From assembly GCA_038727095.1 (NCBI GenBank), contig JAVYWK010000042.1, positions 1-12,762 of the forward strand: 12,762 nucleotides of DNA, written 5' to 3'. The position numbers and the translations under genes are program-made. Shown here one piece after another: positions 7,204 to 12,762 of this stretch. Source of the stretch: Thermofilaceae archaeon (GTDB lineage Archaea > Thermoproteota > Thermoprotei > Thermofilales > Thermofilaceae). Below the pieces are notes generated by a model, which was not told the DNA's origin, searched no databases, and worked only from the letters and a program-made list of their open reading frames with translations. Position 1 is the stretch's first letter, and each line of letters opens with the position of its first letter.

Positions 7204-9147
7204 GTGAGCGAATCTAAGGGAGCCGAAGTTAAGTACGCTAGAGGTCTTACACCTTTTACGATCGCTTTGATCGTTGTGCTGGGCGTAGCGATGTTTTACG
7301 TTAACTACCTGATGTGGTGGCGCAGAGGGGTTACACTGGAACCCTTCTTTGGCGGTAGGATTGGTGCTCCGATATACCTACCATGGGGCTTTATATGGTT
7401 CCTAGCGATACTAATGGCGGGGCTTAAGAAACTCAGCGTGGCAGAAATTGTCGTGCTTGTCGGGGCTCTCTACGTAGTGATGGACAGCGGCTTCTTCTCC
7501 TTCTGGCTCGAACCATTGGTGGTTGCTTATCACGCACAAACTGAGCCGTCTCTAGCCCAGTTGCTAGAGTACATACCTAGCGCATGGGCACCCAAGGATC
7601 CCAGGCTTGTTGCCAGGATATTCAGCGGGGGCGCCAGCGTACCGGGTGAAGTCGTCGGCCCATTACTACTGCAAAGCGTGTTCATGTTCATATTCATTCT
7701 CATGTGCATTTTCACGGCTCAAACGATGATCAGACCATTCGTTGAGGTAGAGAGACTAACGTTCCCCGCAGTTATGCCAGCGGTGCAAGTACTCAGGATG
7801 GGACAGGAGAGCACTTTAACCAGCTTTGGGAGGAGCAAGCTGTTCTACATCGGCTTTATCATAGGATTGATAATCGCGCTTCAATCAACTTTGAACTACA
7901 TCTGGCCGGCCTTCCCAGTGTTCTTCGCGTGGGGGCAAATCTACCTCTCCGGATGGGACGCCTTCCTGAAAGGCATTAACCCCAGCATAATGGAGTGGTG
8001 GATGTTTATCCCAGCCGACACGATAATGTTCTTCCTCGCTCCAATCGATGTAACAGCCAGCGTGGCCATATGGACCGGTTTCAAATCCCTCATATGGCCC
8101 TTCATAGCCGTCGGAGCCGGCTTGATATCACCGGGCGCTAGCCCCGACGCTGGTCCCATCAAGCCAGGAACATTCTCATCCCTCCATGTAACATTCGCTC
8201 TAGGCATCTGGTCTATTATTTTCGGCTGGAAGACATGGTCCGATTCGTTCAAGCGCCTTTACAAGAGAGCTGCAACGGAGCCTGGTAGGCTTGATGAACG
8301 ATTGATATGGACCGGACTGCTGGGCAGCTACTTTGCCTACCTACTCTTCTTTGCGGCGCTCGGAGCACACGCAGGCTTCGTACTGCTATTCTTGATCCTC
8401 TTATACTTTGCCTTAATCGGCCACGCGAGAATCTGGGGTGAAACCGGGCAATGGCCCGCTGTCGCCGGTGTAGACTTGCCGCGTCAGTTAACGCTTACAG
8501 TTGCTTACGCCAGCGGGGTTCCAAACCCATGGCCCAGCACTACGTGGTGGGCCACTAAAGCAGCTACCCGCATAACCCACCACATTCCGCAGGCAACCTG
8601 GTTCCCATGGGCCGTTCTTTCCACCTACAAGCTAGCGAGAGACACGGGAACGAGTGAGAGGGATCTGTTTATCGGGCAGCTTCTAGCTGCTTTCCTGGCG
8701 AGCTTCATTGGCCTCTACCTTGGTTTAGCACTTCTCTACGCCTACGGCGCTGATACCGTGCTCACTGGGATCTGGTATGTCAAGGCGAGGCCTGCGGAGA
8801 TAACTAGAGTAAGAGAAGTGGGAGGTGTAATCAGCGCGGAGGGAGTACTCGATGCGACGGGTATAGGCCACTTCATCGCGGCTTTAGTGATCGTCGGGGG
8901 ACTATGGTTCATGAGAGCGAAGTTCCCATGGTTCTTCTTCACTCCTGTTGCGCTCTTCTTCTACAGCGGAATGTGGTTCCTAAGCTCGTTCCCCGCGCTC
9001 ATACTCAAGCTCCTAGTGCTAAAGGTCGGCGGTATGACCTTCTACGAAAAGTACGCTGTACCCTTTGCTATTGGTCTCCTCGTTGGAATCAGCTTCGGGG
9101 CCTTCCTCTTAGGGAGCATAGCGGCCTTCTATATACCGCCTGTTTAA
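7204..9147 (+). CDS. OPT-like / DUF6785-DUF6784-type polytopic membrane protein (about 647 aa; true start probably GTG 7204, not ATG 7081)
   Basis: Many TM segments. It carries EVERLTFP (OPT-like motif), IPSAWAP, ARIWGETG and C-terminal KVGGMTFYEKYAVPFAIGLLVG, a pattern I recall from DUF6784-type C-termini. The first 41 codons of the track ORF span the AT-rich divergent promoter and overlap the opposite gene. Confidence 0.8.
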   Translation: MSESKGAEVKYARGLTPFTIALIVVLGVAMFYVNYLMWWRRGVTLEPFFGGRIGAPIYLPWGFIWFLAILMAGLKKLSVAEIVVLVGALYVVMDSGFFSFWLEPLVVAYHAQTEPSLAQLLEYIPSAWAPKDPRLVARIFSGGASVPGEVVGPLLLQSVFMFIFILMCIFTAQTMIRPFVEVERLTFPAVMPAVQVLRMGQESTLTSFGRSKLFYIGFIIGLIIALQSTLNYIWPAFPVFFAWGQIYLSGWDAFLKGINPSIMEWWMFIPADTIMFFLAPIDVTASVAIWTGFKSLIWPFIAVGAGLISPGASPDAGPIKPGTFSSLHVTFALGIWSIIFGWKTWSDSFKRLYKRAATEPGRLDERLIWTGLLGSYFAYLLFFAALGAHAGFVLLFLILLYFALIGHARIWGETGQWPAVAGVDLPRQLTLTVAYASGVPNPWPSTTWWATKAATRITHHIPQATWFPWAVLSTYKLARDTGTSERDLFIGQLLAAFLASFIGLYLGLALLYAYGADTVLTGIWYVKARPAEITRVREVGGVISAEGVLDATGIGHFIAALVIVGGLWFMRAKFPWFFFTPVALFFYSGMWFLSSFPALILKLLVLKVGGMTFYEKYAVPFAIGLLVGISFGAFLLGSIAAFYIPPV

Positions 9148-9158
9148 AACATAAAATA

Positions 9159-9176
9159 TTATTTTTTATCTTTTTA
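9159..9176 (+). terminator. T-rich terminator after the OPT-like gene
   Basis: TTATTTTTTATCTTTTTT shortly after the TAA stop. Confidence 0.6.
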
Positions 9177-9206
9177 GTTGAAGTACCGTATACTAGTGAA
9201 GCTAGA

Positions 9207-9250
9207 TTGAATAGGGTTTGAATGGTGTGATTCAAGTGACAAGTATTCAA
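9207..9250. promoter_or_regulatory. Nested inverted repeats (candidate operator) upstream of the FAD oxidoreductase
   Basis: TTGAAT at 9207 and 9218; ATTCAA at 9230 and 9245. The inner pair forms TTGAAT-N6-ATTCAA. Confidence 0.5.
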
Positions 9251-9316
9251 CCGTATTTGCTGAAAACATATGTCAGGGAGCTCGGTCGATAGCTTATGCA
9301 AGGGGTAGAGCTTTCT

Positions 9317-10678
9317 ATGAGGGCATCTGTTGCACGCGTGACTCCGCGGTATGACGTGATTGTAGCTGGTGGCGGTGTAGCTGGAGTCTCTGCTGCTGTG
9401 GTAGCCAGCAGAATGGGGGTTAGGGTGTGTCTACTGGAAGCCTCGGGCACACTGGGCGGAACAGTTACGCAGGCTCTTGTTACCCCCTTCATGAAGTGGG
9501 TGAGTGGAGGTAAGCCCGTTGTCGCCGGTATTTTCCAGGAGTTCTTGGACAGGTTAGCGAAGCTGGGCGGTATAGATGTGAGGCAGCCCGCGATTTTCGA
9601 GCCTGAGTTGCTTAAGGTGGTAATGCTTGAGATGTGTAAAGAAGCAGGTGTAGACGTATGGTTTAACGCTACAGTTGTTGGAACCAAGGTTGAAGGCCAT
9701 AGCCTCAAGGCCGTGTCTGTTTACACGAAAAGGGGTTTGATTGAGGTTGAAGGATCAGTCTTTGTTGACGCAACGGGAGACGCTGATCTGGCGGAGTTAG
9801 CTGGTGCTCCAATCTCGATGGGTAGGGAAGAGGATGGGCTTGTGCAACCCGTGACGGTGATGTTTAAAGTGGGCGGCATTAACTTCACGAGGTTCCTCGA
9901 GTACCTTGAGCATCACCCCGATGAACTGGCTCCCTGGGTCAATGTCGAGCATCTTAGAAGAGCTATCGAAAGGGGAGAGCCATTCAGTTTCGCCGGTCTA
10001 TACGGCTTGGTAAGGGAGGCTAGAGTTAAGGGTGAGTTCCCCGAGATACCGGGTATCGATTACATTGCACCTCTTGCGGCTTTCCCTGATAAGGGTTACG
10101 CAGTCTTCAACAATACCAGGGTCTGCGGGATCGACCCACTTGATTCGAAGCAGCTGGCAAGAGCTACCCTAGAAGCCTACCGCCAAGCACTCGAGATCGT
10201 TAGGTTCCTTAGGAAGTGTGTCCCAGGCTTTGAGCACTGCTACCTTGTGCAGCTTAGCTGTAGGATCGGTGTTAGAGAATCGAGGAGGATCGTCGGTGAA
10301 CACGTGATCAAGTTGGAGGAACTTATCAACTGCGTTGAGTTCCCCGATACAGTGGCTAGAGGATGCTACGCCATCGATGTGCACCCCTTAAGGCCAGGGG
10401 AAGAGGCAATCTTTATCCCAATACCTGAGGGCAAGAGCTATACGATACCTTACAGAGCGCTCATCCCCCTAAGAGTTGAGGGTCTTCTCGCTGCGGGTCG
10501 CTGTATCTCAGCGACGCACGAAGCACTGGGTGCGGTTAGAGTAATACCTACTGCGACAGCCACAGGTCAAGCAGCTGGAGTCGCAGCTGCTCTCTCAGTC
10601 ATCGAAGGGGTAAAGCCCAGGGAACTAGACGTGTCTGAAATCCAGCAGATACTCCTTAAGCAAGGTGCCATTATCTGA
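9317..10678 (+). CDS. FAD-dependent oxidoreductase (FAD_oxidored/PF12831-like); alternative start ATG 9296
   Basis: YDVIVAGGGVAGVSAA dinucleotide fold, LLE...LGGT, FVDATGDADLA, IGVRESRRIVG, YAIDVH, Y.IPYRALIP and AAGRCISATHEA..AVRV....ATGQAAG. An SD-like AGGGGT at 9301-9306 precedes ATG 9317. Confidence 0.9.
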   Translation: MRASVARVTPRYDVIVAGGGVAGVSAAVVASRMGVRVCLLEASGTLGGTVTQALVTPFMKWVSGGKPVVAGIFQEFLDRLAKLGGIDVRQPAIFEPELLKVVMLEMCKEAGVDVWFNATVVGTKVEGHSLKAVSVYTKRGLIEVEGSVFVDATGDADLAELAGAPISMGREEDGLVQPVTVMFKVGGINFTRFLEYLEHHPDELAPWVNVEHLRRAIERGEPFSFAGLYGLVREARVKGEFPEIPGIDYIAPLAAFPDKGYAVFNNTRVCGIDPLDSKQLARATLEAYRQALEIVRFLRKCVPGFEHCYLVQLSCRIGVRESRRIVGEHVIKLEELINCVEFPDTVARGCYAIDVHPLRPGEEAIFIPIPEGKSYTIPYRALIPLRVEGLLAAGRCISATHEALGAVRVIPTATATGQAAGVAAALSVIEGVKPRELDVSEIQQILLKQGAII

Positions 10679-10814
10679 TTTTTCCAAGGTGGAATGAACA
10701 ATACTAGGAGAAGGATTTAGGATGAATATAAATAAACATAAAGTTTTCCTTTAAAATTGTGATTTAGGCTTATTTATAATTTTAATCCAAGTGCATCTGC
10801 CTCCAAAAGTACTT

Positions 10815-11175
10815 ATGATGGCCATTGACGCTTCACTATCGTGGAATTGCCGCTTAAGGAGGAAGGCTGGGACGAGGCATTGAAGTATATGCGCACTGGA
10901 GTGATGTCCATGGACTTCGTAGCTAAATAGGCGCTGAACGCGATCTGGAGAGGGCATAACGCGCGAGGGATCCAACTTGATGCTCAAAGCCCTGGCGATT
11001 GAGGGGGTCAGCTAATCTGAAGGACGAGAAGGGTCCACCTCGAGGCGGCCATTGAGATCGCCTCTACGGGTGAATTACAGTGCGAGATGCGTTCTACATC
11101 GCCCTAGTAAAAGCGAAGGTCTTAGGCCCCCCACTTTGGACGCGTAGCGAGCAGCTTCGCATGTGAGCTCACAAG
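10815..11175 (+). pseudogene. vapC: Eroded VapC/PIN-domain toxin pseudogene
   Basis: Joining frames gives MMAIDAS / IVELPLKEEGWDEALKYMRTGVMSMDFVAK*ALNAIWR / ...HLEAAIEIA / ITVRDAFYIALVKAK / PTLDA*. The PIN motifs IDAS, KExxNAIW, ITxYDAxYIALA and TLD appear in the correct order. There are several frameshifts and TAG stops at 10928-10930 and 11145-11147. The 3' end is approximate. Confidence 0.85.
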
Positions 11176-11289
11176 CACCGGGTTCGTTTCCCAACTCAGC
11201 TATACCAGTGAAAAATGGGCTTGCCTGAGATTCGATGCCCGCTTTGCTTCCCGCCGCAACTGGTCGGAGGAGCGCGCTGCCTTTCTACT

Positions 11290-12687
11290 CTAAACGACTA
11301 CGGCTTTTATGTCGAGCAGCTTTGCGGCCATCTTTAGGGGCTCTACGATGTCGCCGTGGATCATCGAAGCATGGTGGATGAAACCTTCCTCAATCAGCGT
11401 TGTGTAAACCTTATCCAAGTCGGGGACCTCAACCCAAGCCCAGCTACCTCTAAACTCTCCCGGTTCTTCAACTATTCTCCCTCTCGTTACGAACAGCTTG
11501 AACTCGCCATCGTACTCGACGAGCCTACTGATGGTCACTTCACCGGGCTTGGCGCGCCCGTCAACCGTCCCGTAGCAGCGCTCGGCGCCGAGGGCTCTGT
11601 GCATCACGCCGTGGAAGCTCAGCCTGCAACCTCCGCTGCAGAGGGATAGCGGCAGGTTCCCGCAGTGCCAGGCTAGGAACACGTTGTCTCTAGTCGGGTG
11701 CCTGATCGTCCAATCGATGAAGAAGGGCACCGTTTTGCCCAGCGATGCGGCGTACTGGAGGGCCATCGTCAGGACGCCGTAGACATCGACCTCGCATGCC
11801 ATCATTACGCCCTTATCGGTCAGCCTACCCATCACGAGGCAGGGAGTCACGCCGAAGTAGCGCTCCAGCTCGGTCCAGCAGCGCACCCCCATGCCGACCA
11901 GCTTCCTCCTCTCCGCCAGCTCGCTCAACACGACCTCAAGCTTCGCCAGCTTTAGAAGGGCTTCTCGGGTGACTCCGCTGACGTCCAGCTGAGCCTCGAT
12001 CTCCCCGATGGTCTTAGCAACCCTAGGGTCGCTGTCGCTCAGCCGCCTTGCCTCCTCCACGACCTCGATAAGGTCGAAGTGAACAACCCTCTGGCTGAAC
12101 TTCGCCGCCATCACCGCCTCGTTAAACGTGACGGTCTCAAACCTCTCAGGCCTCGGGCCCACGGCTCCCACCTTAGCGCCGACGAAGGTCTTCACGGCGT
12201 TAACGGCCCTAACGAACGAGTCGAAGCTCCGCTTGAACTCGGGATCCTCGGGGTAGACAATACCGCCGAAGACGAACGGAATCTTCCTCCTGTAGAGGGC
12301 CGAGGCCAGCGAGAGAGTCCCGCAGAATGAGTCTGAGCGGCGGAAGCCCCCGGGCAGCGGGGGAGGCTCCTTCGTGGCGTAGATCATCACCGGCTTCCTC
12401 AGCAGCTCGGCAACCCTCGCCCCAGCAAGCTCGTCGCCGAAGGTGAGCGCCGCGATGACGATGCTGTCAACCCTTTCCCGCTTGAAGAGCTCCGCCACAG
12501 CCTCCGCGTCATCGTCGTCTGAAACCAGCCCCAGCTTCGTATCACCCTCGCCCGGGTAGACAAGCTCCACGATGTCGCCGAAGCTGGCTCTCACAGCCTC
12601 GATGAATCGGTGCTTCAGCTCGCGAGCCCACTCCTCATCGAAGGGTACCCTGTGGAGAGGGACAAACCCCACCTTTACTTTCGTCAC
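11290..12687 (-). CDS. L-fucose/L-arabinose isomerase-family protein (465 aa)
   Basis: Motifs TFGDE, RRSDSFCG, VRCWTE, MMACEVDVYG (metal-ligand region), AWHCG and GFIHHASMIHGD. GTG start with GGAGG 8 nt upstream. Substrate cannot be assigned. Confidence 0.9.
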   Translation of the reverse strand: MTKVKVGFVPLHRVPFDEEWARELKHRFIEAVRASFGDIVELVYPGEGDTKLGLVSDDDDAEAVAELFKRERVDSIVIAALTFGDELAGARVAELLRKPVMIYATKEPPPLPGGFRRSDSFCGTLSLASALYRRKIPFVFGGIVYPEDPEFKRSFDSFVRAVNAVKTFVGAKVGAVGPRPERFETVTFNEAVMAAKFSQRVVHFDLIEVVEEARRLSDSDPRVAKTIGEIEAQLDVSGVTREALLKLAKLEVVLSELAERRKLVGMGVRCWTELERYFGVTPCLVMGRLTDKGVMMACEVDVYGVLTMALQYAASLGKTVPFFIDWTIRHPTRDNVFLAWHCGNLPLSLCSGGCRLSFHGVMHRALGAERCYGTVDGRAKPGEVTISRLVEYDGEFKLFVTRGRIVEEPGEFRGSWAWVEVPDLDKVYTTLIEEGFIHHASMIHGDIVEPLKMAAKLLDIKAVVV

Positions 12688-12695
12688 GCTGGGAT

Positions 12696-12700
12696 CCTCC
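12696..12700 (-). promoter_or_regulatory. Shine-Dalgarno site of the isomerase gene
   Basis: GGAGG on the minus strand, 8-nt spacer to GTG at 12687. Confidence 0.7.
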
Positions 12701-12762
12701 CCCTCCCGTACTAAAGCGTTGTCTGGGGCTTCGTAAGCAATGAGTTGGGAGGGGGCTTCTCT

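Noticed and set aside
7530-10384. Short ORFs overlapping the second OPT-like gene and the oxidoreductase (including 9247..9708, 8904..9221, 9089..9301)
   Set aside because: Shadow frames of real genes, or they cross terminator/operator DNA. No protein-like features.
7111-10767. GTGATT sites as a Thermococcales TGM (TATCAC-N5-GTGATA) motif
   Set aside because: Only half-sites are present; none has the partner half at 5-nt spacing.
10751-10987. 78-aa minus ORF, considered as a possible antitoxin
   Set aside because: It is antisense to the vapC relic and has no RHH/AbrB-like features. Antitoxins are normally upstream on the same strand.
11162-11173. Perfect palindrome TGTGAGCTCACA (lac-operator-like)
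   Set aside because: About three 12-bp palindromes are expected by chance in a window this size, and it is not near a promoter.
11178-11194. CCGGG-TTCGTTT-CCCAA resembling a tRNA T-arm (possible att remnant)
   Set aside because: Loop and stem both deviate from consensus, there is no acceptor stem or second copy, and it may simply be the vapC tail.
11356-12330. + strand ORFs within the isomerase gene
   Set aside because: High-GC antisense shadows.
1-12762. CRISPR array, tRNA/rRNA, IS element or integrase
   Set aside because: No regularly spaced repeats, cloverleaf, terminal inverted repeats or recombinase motifs were seen by eye.

Overview
Archaeal-looking window: short BRE/TATA promoters sit about 25 nt before leaderless starts, and the gene content resembles Thermofilum-like Thermoproteota (taxon is an inference). 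Two GC-rich minus-strand sugar-metabolism genes flank the window: a DegT/DnrJ/EryC1/StrS aminotransferase (cut by the left edge, missed by the ORF track) and an L-fucose/L-arabinose-isomerase-family gene. Between them lies a lower-GC block of about 10 kb. It holds a divergently transcribed three-gene membrane module: a 1483-aa secreted M28-peptidase-like/PA + MacB/FtsX-permease fusion with degenerate catalytic residues, a translationally coupled OPT-like polytopic protein, and a second OPT/DUF6785-like protein. No ABC ATPase is present in the window. An FAD-dependent oxidoreductase follows. The right edge carries an unannotated, eroded VapC/PIN toxin pseudogene, and the left edge may carry a dehydrogenase relic. 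The best candidate for an undescribed system is the pseudo-peptidase-FtsX + two OPT-like transporter module.
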